Below, one piece after another: positions 8,880 through 17,450 of a stretch of 64,000 bases of DNA. The position numbers were made by a program, and so were the translations under genes. The stretch spans positions 199,075 to 263,074 of the forward strand of contig JBBDRA010000003.1 of the NCBI GenBank assembly GCA_040905715.1, in the 5' to 3' direction. The stretch is from Minisyncoccota bacterium (GTDB lineage Bacteria > Patescibacteriota > Minisyncoccia > Phycocordibacterales > CSBR16-193). Below the pieces are notes generated by a model that was not told where the DNA came from, ran no database searches, and saw nothing but the letters and a program-made list of their open reading frames with translations. The stretch's first letter is position 1. Each line of letters opens with the position of its first letter.

Positions 8880-10154
8880 TCAGGACCTCTTTTGTTTTCT
8901 ACGCCATTCTATTGCTAAACGCCTATTACGCTCCCTTTTACATTCGTCACTTTTACATATCTTTTGAGGTTTACCACCTCGTCTTAATGTTGGTGGGTAT
9001 TCATTGCCGCAAATCTCACATCTTGAGATTTCAAGAGGAACAGAGTGCATTGAAAGCATAGGGACTATCGCAGGTGAGGTGATTTTCTTTCCAGTAAGGC
9101 ATTCATAGTAAAAAGCTAAATATTGCACGAGTTCTAGATACCAGTTAGACAATCTGACCGCATTAGCGACTCCGTGTTTTACACCCAGCTTTTTCATTCG
9201 TACTGAATCTTTCTGAGAGATTTTTAAAATAGCGGGGGATTCGTGGGCTTTTATAAGAAGAGGATTCAAAAGGAAAGCCTGATGCAACAATGTTTCTATC
9301 CAATGAGGAATGTGCTCCTCTGTAACATTCGGGTTTTGCTTTTTAATCAAGTCAGCATAATGCTTACCTGTAATGGCTGAATAGTGACTCATAAAATCAT
9401 TCATGAGCTTGCTTCTTATTGGACCATTTCCACGACTTTTCCATATTGTTCTTGCTGCATCTTCAAAAAAACAATCCTGTAAATCTCTAATGTCGAGAAG
9501 TAGAGTTGCTACTTCATCCCAGTGTTTGCTCCCTTGCATTATCGTTTCCTTGTTAAGGTCGAGAAGCTCCTGCCAAGTTGTAAGTATTGCGTTAGAGTTT
9601 TGCTTAGGGTACTCAAGCGTCTTTTCCTTCCATCTTTCTATCTGGACGAGCGAATGTAACTGGTATGTAGCATAGTAGCTGTCACCTTTGTGCTTTGCGA
9701 GGGGCGTTATTAAGTTATTTTCTTCATACCAGCGTAAGTGTTTTTCGGGGATAATGAATCCCCTATGTCTATACAAGCCCCTAAGAGTATCCACGGTATG
9801 TAAGCGTTCAACGACTATTGTGGAGCTTCTGTGTTCGACTCTTTTTTTAAGAGATGTTGGGGTGTAAACAATTCTCTTCTGAATCTCCTTTGCCTCTTTC
9901 TCATTTTTTGTTGGTCTATAGGTTCGTATATTTTCACTAAGAATACCCCACATTTTTAGCCCCAGTTCCCTAGAAGTAGCAGCTTTAACCTCTTCTAGTC
10001 GTGCTGCATGTTCAAGTGATAACTTGTCCAACGTGTCTTTGTTTATAGTGAAATACGGACAATGCGTCTTTGACCTTTTGAAAGAGTTTTCTTGCTCTTT
10101 TACCCACTTATTATAAGAAGCGATAATCGCTCTTTTGGTTCTTTTTTCTGCCAT
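8880..10154 (-). CDS. Hypothetical putative regulator (MerR-like HTH segment, C-terminal Zn ribbon)
   Basis: LRWYEENNLITP (MerR-like); CEICG...CKSDEC; basic tail. Confidence 0.5.
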   Translation of the reverse strand: MAEKRTKRAIIASYNKWVKEQENSFKRSKTHCPYFTINKDTLDKLSLEHAARLEEVKAATSRELGLKMWGILSENIRTYRPTKNEKEAKEIQKRIVYTPTSLKKRVEHRSSTIVVERLHTVDTLRGLYRHRGFIIPEKHLRWYEENNLITPLAKHKGDSYYATYQLHSLVQIERWKEKTLEYPKQNSNAILTTWQELLDLNKETIMQGSKHWDEVATLLLDIRDLQDCFFEDAARTIWKSRGNGPIRSKLMNDFMSHYSAITGKHYADLIKKQNPNVTEEHIPHWIETLLHQAFLLNPLLIKAHESPAILKISQKDSVRMKKLGVKHGVANAVRLSNWYLELVQYLAFYYECLTGKKITSPAIVPMLSMHSVPLEISRCEICGNEYPPTLRRGGKPQKICKSDECKRERNRRLAIEWRRKQKRS

Positions 10155-10290
10155 AGTAATTGTAATATGGTTCCCATACTAGCATCTTTATATACTTTCG
10201 AAATCTTGAAGTGTATGGTTTAATAAACCTACACAACTGAATATTGTTACGACCTAACCCTTAGGAATTGCTCTTGAGGCATGGTCCAAA

Positions 10291-10409
10291 AACGCTACGA
10301 ACATAGAAAACCCGTCATCAGGGCGTTCGTAGCGTTGCCAGGGGAAACTCTGGTAGAGGTAACCGAAAGGTGCCTTCCTGGTGGCGGGCTTTGTGTATCT
10401 GCCGCCAGG
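10291..10409 (+). promoter_or_regulatory. Structured leader of the cargo gene run
   Basis: 12-bp stem AACGCTACGAAC/GTTCGTAGCGTT, two GAAA-capped hairpins, alternative pairings of 10377-10388. Confidence 0.55.
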
Positions 10410-10434
10410 CGTTACTAACTATTACTATTTTCGT

Positions 10435-11112
10435 ATGGAAGAACAAAATAAAAAATGGTATCAGAAGCCAGTTGGCATAATTGCTTTATTGGTCCTATTT
10501 TTTCCTGTAGGACTTTATTTAATGTGGAAGTACGCTGAGTGGGATAGGAATGTAAAGTGGGTTGTTACGGGGGGTGTTTTAGTGGTTATTATGATTGGTA
10601 CTGTCGCAGGTGAAGTAGACGAACAATCAACCTTGTCAGAGGGAGAAAACCAGGAAGAAAATAAATCGGTTGATGAATCTAACCTCACAACAGAAGAAAA
10701 AGTAACGCGGGCGGCTGAGGAAATCGTAGGTAATCACGACAGTGTCGAGGTAATGGTGTCTGAAGGAGATGCGTTTCTTATATTTGAGGAAGAAACTTTT
10801 TATACCATCGAATCGGCTGTTAGAGACACATATGAGTATTTTGTGAAATGGGGAGAGGAAGCACTTGCCTATGATGAAATCGGTTTTGTTTCTGTTGAGG
10901 CAAAAACGCAATTTACTGATGAAAAAGGTAGAACATCTATGGGCACAATTATTCGTGTCCAGATGAATGAAGAAAACTTTAATGAATTTGAGTGGAAGAA
11001 TCTTGATTTTAGACCTATTCACAATCAGATAGACGAGTACGGGACGTTGTTTGTCCATCCACAGGTCTGGAGAGAGGTAGACATGAACGAAGATGCATAC
11101 CTATCTTTGTAA
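10435..11112 (+). CDS. Membrane-anchored hypothetical protein
   Basis: N-terminal WYQK...LFFPVGLYLMWKY...KW TM hairpin; acidic extracellular domain. Confidence 0.7.
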   Translation: MEEQNKKWYQKPVGIIALLVLFFPVGLYLMWKYAEWDRNVKWVVTGGVLVVIMIGTVAGEVDEQSTLSEGENQEENKSVDESNLTTEEKVTRAAEEIVGNHDSVEVMVSEGDAFLIFEEETFYTIESAVRDTYEYFVKWGEEALAYDEIGFVSVEAKTQFTDEKGRTSMGTIIRVQMNEENFNEFEWKNLDFRPIHNQIDEYGTLFVHPQVWREVDMNEDAYLSL

Positions 11113-11142
11113 AAAAGCAAATAGCTCTAGATATAGCTAGTT

Positions 11143-12324
11143 ATGAAAAATCTACTTAAAAAATATTGGGCACTGCCAAAGATATATCAATTTTGTATCG
11201 CTGCCGTGGTATTCGTGTGCCTTTTCTTGGTTTTACCCAATGTTATTGCGTATATTTTTGCCGCTGCCGTTTCTTACGATTTGATTGATAAGAAGGTTTG
11301 GAAATATAGTGCAGTATCATTTCTTGCAGTTGTTGCTTTTTCTTCGGGCGTTCTGTGGATTGACGGGAAAACAGATTCACAACCAGTTGAAAGTAGTAGT
11401 GTTACTCAATCTGTAGACAGTGCAGAGCATAGCGAATCTAACCAAAAAGCAAAAACTACAAACGAAAGTGCTACTACAAGCCAAAATAATGTAGCGGAAG
11501 TAGAAGCGAGCCAAGGAGAAAGTAGTCAGCAGGATAATGGAGATGAAGCAGAAACTGATATTACGGGTCAAGAAGAAAATAATGAACAGGATGACAAAGA
11601 CGAGGACTCACAAATTGAAACTGAATCCAATCAAGTTAATGAAGGAAATGACGAAATCAGTCAAGATTCTCTAGCTGAAAATGATAGTGTCGATGAACCA
11701 TACGAAGTTGTCGATGTCGTTGATGGGGACACGGTAAAGCTGAGTATTGATGATGAAGTGGAAACTATTCGTCTGATTGGTATCGATACACCCGAGACTG
11801 TGCATCCGTCTGAGCCAGTTGAGTGTTTTGGGAAGGAAGCGTCAAACAAGGCAAAGGAGCTGCTTTCTGGGAAAACAGTTGTGCTAGAGGCGGATGAGTC
11901 ACAAGGGACAAGAGACGCTTACGGTAGATTGCTTGGGTACGTTATTCTGCCTGGCGGCAGGAACTTCAACAAACTGATGATTGAACAAGGGTATGCGTAC
12001 GAATATACGTACTCTACACCGTATAAGTATCAGGACGCATTCAAGACGGCGGAACAAAATGCTCGAACAAGTGAAGTTGGTTTATGGGCTGATGGGGCGT
12101 GTGATGATTGGGAAGAGAAATCCGAACAAGAGGACCAAACGAGCGATAGTACAACGTCAGAAGGTAACTGGTATGTGAGCTCACATCATTCATCGAAGTA
12201 CTACTACTGCGAAGAGAGTGACGGCTGGAAGTCCCTTTCAGAAAGCTACTTAAAGGTCTATGAAAGCGAATCGGCACTGCTTGCTGACTTCCCAAACCAT
12301 ACCTTGCACGAGAGTTGTGAGTAA
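11143..12324 (+). CDS. Membrane-anchored thermonuclease (SNase family) on an acidic low-complexity stalk
   Basis: VVDGDTV, IRLIGIDTPE, RDAYGRLLGYV, GLW motifs. Confidence 0.88.
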   Translation: MKNLLKKYWALPKIYQFCIAAVVFVCLFLVLPNVIAYIFAAAVSYDLIDKKVWKYSAVSFLAVVAFSSGVLWIDGKTDSQPVESSSVTQSVDSAEHSESNQKAKTTNESATTSQNNVAEVEASQGESSQQDNGDEAETDITGQEENNEQDDKDEDSQIETESNQVNEGNDEISQDSLAENDSVDEPYEVVDVVDGDTVKLSIDDEVETIRLIGIDTPETVHPSEPVECFGKEASNKAKELLSGKTVVLEADESQGTRDAYGRLLGYVILPGGRNFNKLMIEQGYAYEYTYSTPYKYQDAFKTAEQNARTSEVGLWADGACDDWEEKSEQEDQTSDSTTSEGNWYVSSHHSSKYYYCEESDGWKSLSESYLKVYESESALLADFPNHTLHESCE

Positions 12325-12367
12325 CATTACCTATTGACAACATCTCACATTGTATTATTTTATCACT

Positions 12368-13060
12368 ATGAAAAGATTTTTAATTCTTACATCTCTCTGC
12401 GTAGCTTTCGTGTTCTCGGCGGTAGTACCTAACGTCGTTTCAGCAGATGTGTGGGTAGATGGGTACTATCGGAGTAACGGCACCTATGTTAATGGACATT
12501 ACCGAAGTAGCCCAGACGGTAACCCTTACAACAACTGGAGTTATCCTGGTAACACCAACCCATATACAGGAGAAACTGCTGACGGAAACGCGAATACTTA
12601 TTTAGATAACTACTACGACAATAGTAGTGGTTATGATAGTTACAACTGGAGTTACGATTCGTATGACTATGATTATGATAGTTATGACTCATATGATTAT
12701 GACTACGACAGCTATGACTCGTATGATTACAGTGATTCTTCGTATGACACTTACGACTACAGTTCTACCTACGACTCAACACCTAACTGCCCAATAAACT
12801 CCTATTACAGCAGTATTGATGATGCGTGCACGTGCTATTCTGGTTACGCTGCGCAAAATGGTTCTTGCGTGAGAGCAAGTTCAATTTGCAAAGACGAGTA
12901 TGGTTATAACGCTCGATACAACTCTTTAAGTAACTCGTGTGAATGTAGATATGGTTATATTTTCAGTGGGGGTGAGTGTGTAAGTAAAGACCAAGCCTGT
13001 GAGGACCAATTTGGATACGGGTATGACTATAATTCACTTAGCGGATATTGCGAGAAATAG
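12368..13060 (+). CDS. Secreted protein with YYRSNGTYV motif, (YDS/YD)n repeat and Cys-rich EGF-like repeats
   Basis: Signal peptide ending VSA; Tyr/Asp/Ser repeat; repeated CxCxxGY motifs. Confidence 0.7.
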   Translation: MKRFLILTSLCVAFVFSAVVPNVVSADVWVDGYYRSNGTYVNGHYRSSPDGNPYNNWSYPGNTNPYTGETADGNANTYLDNYYDNSSGYDSYNWSYDSYDYDYDSYDSYDYDYDSYDSYDYSDSSYDTYDYSSTYDSTPNCPINSYYSSIDDACTCYSGYAAQNGSCVRASSICKDEYGYNARYNSLSNSCECRYGYIFSGGECVSKDQACEDQFGYGYDYNSLSGYCEK

Positions 13061-13069
13061 CAATTTACT

Positions 13070-13261
13070 ATGCCTAAAACCAACACTTCTACTGACTGTA
13101 AGTATTGTGGGGCTGAAAATAGCTCAATAAACTCTTTCTGTATTAAATGCGGTAGGAAAATTGAAACAGAAGAACTGACAAAATCTTCAGTTACTGGATG
13201 GTCTCTGGGCATCCTTTTGGGTGGAGTGTTTATAGCGTTATCTATAATACTTTATGGCTAA
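13070..13261 (+). CDS. Small zinc-ribbon membrane protein
   Basis: CKYCG...FCIKCG plus C-terminal TM helix. Confidence 0.6.
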   Translation: MPKTNTSTDCKYCGAENSSINSFCIKCGRKIETEELTKSSVTGWSLGILLGGVFIALSIILYG

Positions 13262-13263
13262 AT

Positions 13264-13698
13264 ATGAAAATACTTAAGATTATTACAATTATTGCAAATG
13301 TTCTCGCTCTCTTTGTTTTGTTAGTCTTATTAGACGGTGGAGATTTGAGTGGCGGTGGCTTCCTTTTCTTTCTGATTATTTTTGTACTTAACACTATATT
13401 TGTTATTCGCTTTCGAAAAATGAATACGAATAAAGGATGGATTGGTTTATTTTTGGAGCGGAAAGCGATGGAGGAAAAACGAAAAATAAGAGATTTAGAG
13501 GGAGGGTCCGAAAAGCAGGATGATACAGTTAAAGAAAAGCGGGAAGACGAGAAAAGGGAACAAGATTCTGAGCAGGTAGAGCAAGTAGACAGTTCACAGA
13601 GTACTGCGGGCGATGTAAAGTACTGTGGTCAATGTGGGGCTAAATCGGATATTGATGATATGTACTGTGAGCAGTGCGGAACTAAACACGAGATATAA
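13264..13698 (+). CDS. Membrane protein with C-terminal zinc ribbon
   Basis: Two N-terminal TM helices; YCGQCG...YCEQCG. Confidence 0.65.
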   Translation: MKILKIITIIANVLALFVLLVLLDGGDLSGGGFLFFLIIFVLNTIFVIRFRKMNTNKGWIGLFLERKAMEEKRKIRDLEGGSEKQDDTVKEKREDEKREQDSEQVEQVDSSQSTAGDVKYCGQCGAKSDIDDMYCEQCGTKHEI

Positions 13699-13706
13699 AC
13701 ATTACT

Positions 13707-14402
13707 ATGAAATGCAGAGAGTGCGAAAAAGAGGTAAAAGATAGTGCAGTTTTTTGCTCTGATTGCGGATGCAAATTAAGTGGTCCTAAAGAATATAATT
13801 CTCCAGTAAATATCAATTACTATGCAAGTGACTGGAGGCAAACGAATACGTTATCAGTAGCTACTTTGGCTTATGTCGACCTTCTAGTGAAAGAAGATGG
13901 GTTATACATCATACAACTTCCTCGTTATCGTAGCGGTGTAATACTTGCATCCTTAGTCGGTTTATTAATCGCTAATTTTTTTGGTTTTTTGATTGGTTCG
14001 ACAATAGCTCACTCAGTGAATAAAGGTAAGCGTAGAGAGTTAAGGAAGAAATGGTTAAATAAAAATAATCAATTGGCTACCGATAGTTTTAAGGAGTACG
14101 TACTTTTACATATTCCACAATCAAACCTTGATGCTTCTCTTAAACTCAGGAGACGCAAGGTGGTCATTGAGTACGGTGGAAATAAGGTAGTTGCAAAGAA
14201 AAACAAAAAAGAAGTCAACAACTTACAGCGTGCTATAAATGGAGAAAAAGTTCCAATGCCGATTAGAGATGAGCAGCAGGCACAGGAAATACAAGAAGAT
14301 GAAGCAACGAAGAAAAAACAAGCAATTATTGTTTTATCAATTGTTGTAGGATTGTTTGCTTTTTTGTTGGGAGGTATCTTATTAGTAACTCTACTTATTT
14401 AA
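13707..14402 (+). CDS. Zinc-ribbon membrane protein
   Basis: CRECE...FCSDCG; internal and C-terminal TM segments. Confidence 0.65.
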   Translation: MKCRECEKEVKDSAVFCSDCGCKLSGPKEYNSPVNINYYASDWRQTNTLSVATLAYVDLLVKEDGLYIIQLPRYRSGVILASLVGLLIANFFGFLIGSTIAHSVNKGKRRELRKKWLNKNNQLATDSFKEYVLLHIPQSNLDASLKLRRRKVVIEYGGNKVVAKKNKKEVNNLQRAINGEKVPMPIRDEQQAQEIQEDEATKKKQAIIVLSIVVGLFAFLLGGILLVTLLI

Positions 14403-14409
14403 CTAATAT

Positions 14410-15117
14410 ATGAATTGTTCGAACTGTAACAAGGAAATAAAAGAGGGTGCTAACTTCTGCTCTGCTTGTGGTACCGAGGCGGTTAATAATCCTGGTGGTG
14501 CAGTGAAAGTGCTAGGAGAAACAGATGAAAGGTCTCAGCTTGAAAGAAGTAAATATAATAAAGCTCGACTGCTTTGGATTCTTGTTCCGATTGCCTCTAT
14601 GTTCGTCTTAGCTATTCTTTGGGGTATTGTCTCATTTCTTGAGGAGGTTGCTCCGTCTTTAAGAGTTCTAGTGGAATTATTTAATGTTTTTGTTCCAATC
14701 TTTTTTGCTCTTGCTCTGATATTTATTCCAATTGGAATTGTAGTGGCTATTAGAATCACGAACAAAATAAAGAGATTGGGTGTTGAATATGACTCACGCT
14801 CTGGTAAAGGCGATGCGTCTATTGTTCCTGATGAAGTTAAGAAAGGTCTAAACTGGGGTCCAGGACTTGGTATTATATGGGGAGCTTACTTCAACATATG
14901 GAGCTCTCTTCTTGTGCTTATTCCATTAGTTAATCTAATCTGGTTTATCGTTGCTTTGGTTGAAGGAAACGAATGGATGTGGAGGAATAATAAATGGGTT
15001 TCCGTAGAGGAGTTTCAGGATTCACGTAGAAGATGGAATATAGCTGGTGCTACAGTACTGATAATCTCTCTTTCTCCATATCTGCTAGTCATACTGATAG
15101 CCTTAGCATCTGCTTAA
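14410..15117 (+). CDS. Zinc-ribbon multi-pass membrane protein
   Basis: CSNCN...FCSACG; VPDEVKK.LNWG...GNEWMWRNNKW.SVEEF membrane domain. Confidence 0.7.
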   Translation: MNCSNCNKEIKEGANFCSACGTEAVNNPGGAVKVLGETDERSQLERSKYNKARLLWILVPIASMFVLAILWGIVSFLEEVAPSLRVLVELFNVFVPIFFALALIFIPIGIVVAIRITNKIKRLGVEYDSRSGKGDASIVPDEVKKGLNWGPGLGIIWGAYFNIWSSLLVLIPLVNLIWFIVALVEGNEWMWRNNKWVSVEEFQDSRRRWNIAGATVLIISLSPYLLVILIALASA

Positions 15118-15128
15118 TACGTTACCCT

Positions 15129-15296
15129 ATGAAACAGCACACAAAGTATTTTTTATTGTCTGGAACACTGGTCTTTATAGTTATCCAAGCAATAGGTAAC
15201 TATTCAACCTATAGTTTTTTATTGGCAGGTCTATGGCTTGGCTTTTGGGTTGGTGTTGATGTGAAAAATAGATACGAGAACTTCTTAAGTGAGTAA
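15129..15296 (+). CDS. Small 2-TM protein (55 aa)
   Basis: MKQHTKYFLLSGTLVFIVIQ..., hydrophobic, in operon context. Confidence 0.45.
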   Translation: MKQHTKYFLLSGTLVFIVIQAIGNYSTYSFLLAGLWLGFWVGVDVKNRYENFLSE

Positions 15297-15313
15297 TAAA
15301 ATAACTTTTTTAT

Positions 15314-15493
15314 ATGCTAAATGGTTGGGCGATAATAATTGCAGTTGTTGCGGGTTTGTTTGCAGGAGCGATTACTAATGCCTTGCTTCAATTCATATTT
15401 GATTCTAACGAGGATTACTCTGGTAGTGCTTTTTTAGTAGGATGGCTTGTTTTGATGTCGATACTCTTTTTTTGGCGTATTATGTTTCACTAA
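15314..15493 (+). CDS. Small 2-TM protein (59 aa; not in the ORF track)
   Basis: Manual translation MLNGWAIIIAVVAGLFAGAITNALLQFIF...GWLVLMSILFFWRIMFH. Confidence 0.45.
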   Translation: MLNGWAIIIAVVAGLFAGAITNALLQFIFDSNEDYSGSAFLVGWLVLMSILFFWRIMFH

Positions 15494-15612
15494 GTGGCAA
15501 AAAATCTTTTAGGAGTCTTCAACCATCTCATGTGATTCAACCGAGAGCAGAAAACAATGATGAAAGGAGTGGCGGGGTATATAGTATTTTTGTTTTGATG
15601 GTTTGAGCAAAC

Positions 15613-16578
15613 ATGACGGAAAAGAATAGCATAACTAAAAGACAGCACTACGTCCCTCAGTTTTACCTGAAGAGGTTTGTAAACCCTGATGGTAAGCTAA
15701 ACATTCTTGATTGTGAAAGACGTAAAGTCGTTGCTTCAAGAGCACCCAGAAGTGTCTGTAAAGAGGATTACTTCTATGCTCTTAATGGTGAATTGGATGA
15801 AGTCAGCCAGTCTTTGGAGGAAGGGCTTCAGAAGATAGAAACTGATATTGCGAATGGTTATGACGATGTAGCAAAAAGGGTCTCTGATTTCAAAGAGATA
15901 ACGCACGATGATAAAATGCTCGTCGCGACTTTTATGTCCTTGCAGTACTTACGTGGACTTTATATGAGAAAGCAAACGAAAAGAATGGACGAGGACTTTA
16001 TCAAGAAAATCACTAGGCTACGGTATGGCTCTGGCAATATACATACATCGCTTGATAGGCTTGAAAATGAAACTGGAGAAAAACTATCAGAGAAAGAAAG
16101 GGAAGAGTTAATCGAGTTCGCTAAAAGCGGTGATTATAGAGTTGAAACAAATAACGCGTCCCACTTGCAGCTATTATCTCAGATTGAGGGTTTCAGAAAT
16201 CTGTTTTACGGGAAAAGATGGACTGTTTATGTTTCAAAATCCAGTAAGAAGTTCGTTACGTCTGATAATCCTGTGGCTGAAATGTTTCCAGAATGGACCG
16301 GTAGGTTTTTCTACGGACCATCTTTTTTTCAAAGAACTCACTATTTTGCAATGACTCCAGACATACTAATTGTTGCAGGTGATGTTTTGCGTGGTGAGAA
16401 AAGAGTAAAACGAAAAACACTTTTTGATAGCAGGGAGGGAAACGCTAAAATCCTCACGCTGAACTTCACTGTCTCTAGACACGCCATTGCTTATGCGTAT
16501 GCTAACGATAAGACCTTATTACAGGATATCGTGGACGGTGTTAATCTGTACGATAGGCAGCAAAGTAAAAAAGCATAA
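15613..16578 (+). CDS. DUF4238-family protein
   Basis: N-terminal RQHYVPQFYLKRF and FVTSDNPV signatures. Confidence 0.8.
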   Translation: MTEKNSITKRQHYVPQFYLKRFVNPDGKLNILDCERRKVVASRAPRSVCKEDYFYALNGELDEVSQSLEEGLQKIETDIANGYDDVAKRVSDFKEITHDDKMLVATFMSLQYLRGLYMRKQTKRMDEDFIKKITRLRYGSGNIHTSLDRLENETGEKLSEKEREELIEFAKSGDYRVETNNASHLQLLSQIEGFRNLFYGKRWTVYVSKSSKKFVTSDNPVAEMFPEWTGRFFYGPSFFQRTHYFAMTPDILIVAGDVLRGEKRVKRKTLFDSREGNAKILTLNFTVSRHAIAYAYANDKTLLQDIVDGVNLYDRQQSKKA

Positions 16579-16581
16579 AAT

Positions 16582-17079
16582 ATGTCACCAATAGTTCAAA
16601 TTGAGATTACTGCATCTGCTGTAGCTTGGTATGCAGCAATAGTCGCAACTCTGGTAGGAATTGCTCAGATTGTGGCTGTATGGAGGGACAGAAAGCATGT
16701 CAAAATAAAAATAGAGAAAGGAATAAGGATTATGGGTCCCGATGGTCCTGGTCCGTATGAAGAGAATACAGACTACGTTGCTATTCGTATTATTAATGCA
16801 GGGCGTAGAGAAGTTAGCATTCTCACCGCAGGTGCTAGTTTGTTAAAAGGGGGACAGCTTATCCCTACCGATATACTGAAGGCGGGAACGGTAACTCTAG
16901 GTGAAGGAAAACGATACGATGCTTTTGTAAAACAAGAGCAGTTAGATTTTTCTCAAATTGCTTATTTTTACGTAACAGATGCCACGGATTCAACTTATAA
17001 GAAACCAATCGCGAATCCCTTTAGACGTTTATATTGGTTTGTTAGAAGAAATGTTCAGATTTTTACAGGTTGTTTGTAG
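16582..17079 (+). CDS. Hypothetical protein with N-terminal TM helix
   Basis: AWYAAIVATL TM followed by beta-rich domain (IRIINAGRREVSI). Confidence 0.65.
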   Translation: MSPIVQIEITASAVAWYAAIVATLVGIAQIVAVWRDRKHVKIKIEKGIRIMGPDGPGPYEENTDYVAIRIINAGRREVSILTAGASLLKGGQLIPTDILKAGTVTLGEGKRYDAFVKQEQLDFSQIAYFYVTDATDSTYKKPIANPFRRLYWFVRRNVQIFTGCL

Positions 17080-17189
17080 AAAAACTCACTCTCTCCTTCA
17101 AGCAAACAGGTTCTAACGTCGTCCATAAGTCCCTGCATCGTGAAATTAAAACCCCGACGAGGGGTTTTAATTTTGCGAAATTCAGAGGC

Positions 17190-17338
17190 GGCGACAGGAC
17201 TTGAAAGACGGAGGCGGTACACAAGACGACCGTAGGGAGTGCTTGTCGCCGAGTCCGGGGAGAAAGCACTTAGTGAATGAAGACCGAAGGGATGAGTGAG
17301 CTTAGTGACTTGACCCCAAGTCCTGTCGCCCCTGCAAT
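17190..17338. repeat. Palindromic unit bounded by inverted (16 bp) and direct (22 bp) copies of the tRNA-Trp 3' half
   Basis: GGCGACAGGACTTGAA 17190-17205 is the reverse complement of 5336-5351; CAAGTCCTGTCGCCCCTGCAAT 17317-17338 is identical to 5338-5359. Confidence 0.8.
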
Positions 17339-17374
17339 AGTTGACAAGAAACATACATATGTTATTTCTATATA

Positions 17375-17450
17375 TAGAAGACATATAGCTAGCCGGCCAG
17401 CTAGTATCGTCTTCAGGCCAGGTCCTACGGGATCCTGGCCTTTTTATTTT
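17375..17450 (+). ncRNA. Candidate ~70-nt two-hairpin sRNA
   Basis: TTGACA at 17341; hairpin GAAGAC..GTCTTC, then AGGCCAGG..CCTGGCCT + T tract; no ORF. Confidence 0.35.

Larger units (their letters stand above)
5351..17137. mobile_element. ~11.8 kb integrative element at the tRNA-Trp 3' end (LSR + Rep + cargo)
   Basis: CCCTGCA core at 5351-5357 and 17131-17137; integrase at the left end; visibly more AT-rich; tRNA-type downstream hairpin resumes at 17138. Confidence 0.8.

Noticed and set aside
12630-12780. CRISPR-like or tandem DNA repeat
   Set aside because: It is a coding amino-acid repeat with synonymous variation and no spacers. No CRISPR array or cas gene was seen in the window.
17317-17338. 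22-bp direct repeat of the tRNA-Trp 3' end as attR
   Set aside because: It is the end of a T-arm palindromic unit like those at tRNA-Tyr and tRNA-Gln, which have no island. The 7-bp core at 17131 restores tRNA + hairpin, gives a dyad attP and a 26-residue in-frame integrase tail. Disfavoured, not excluded.
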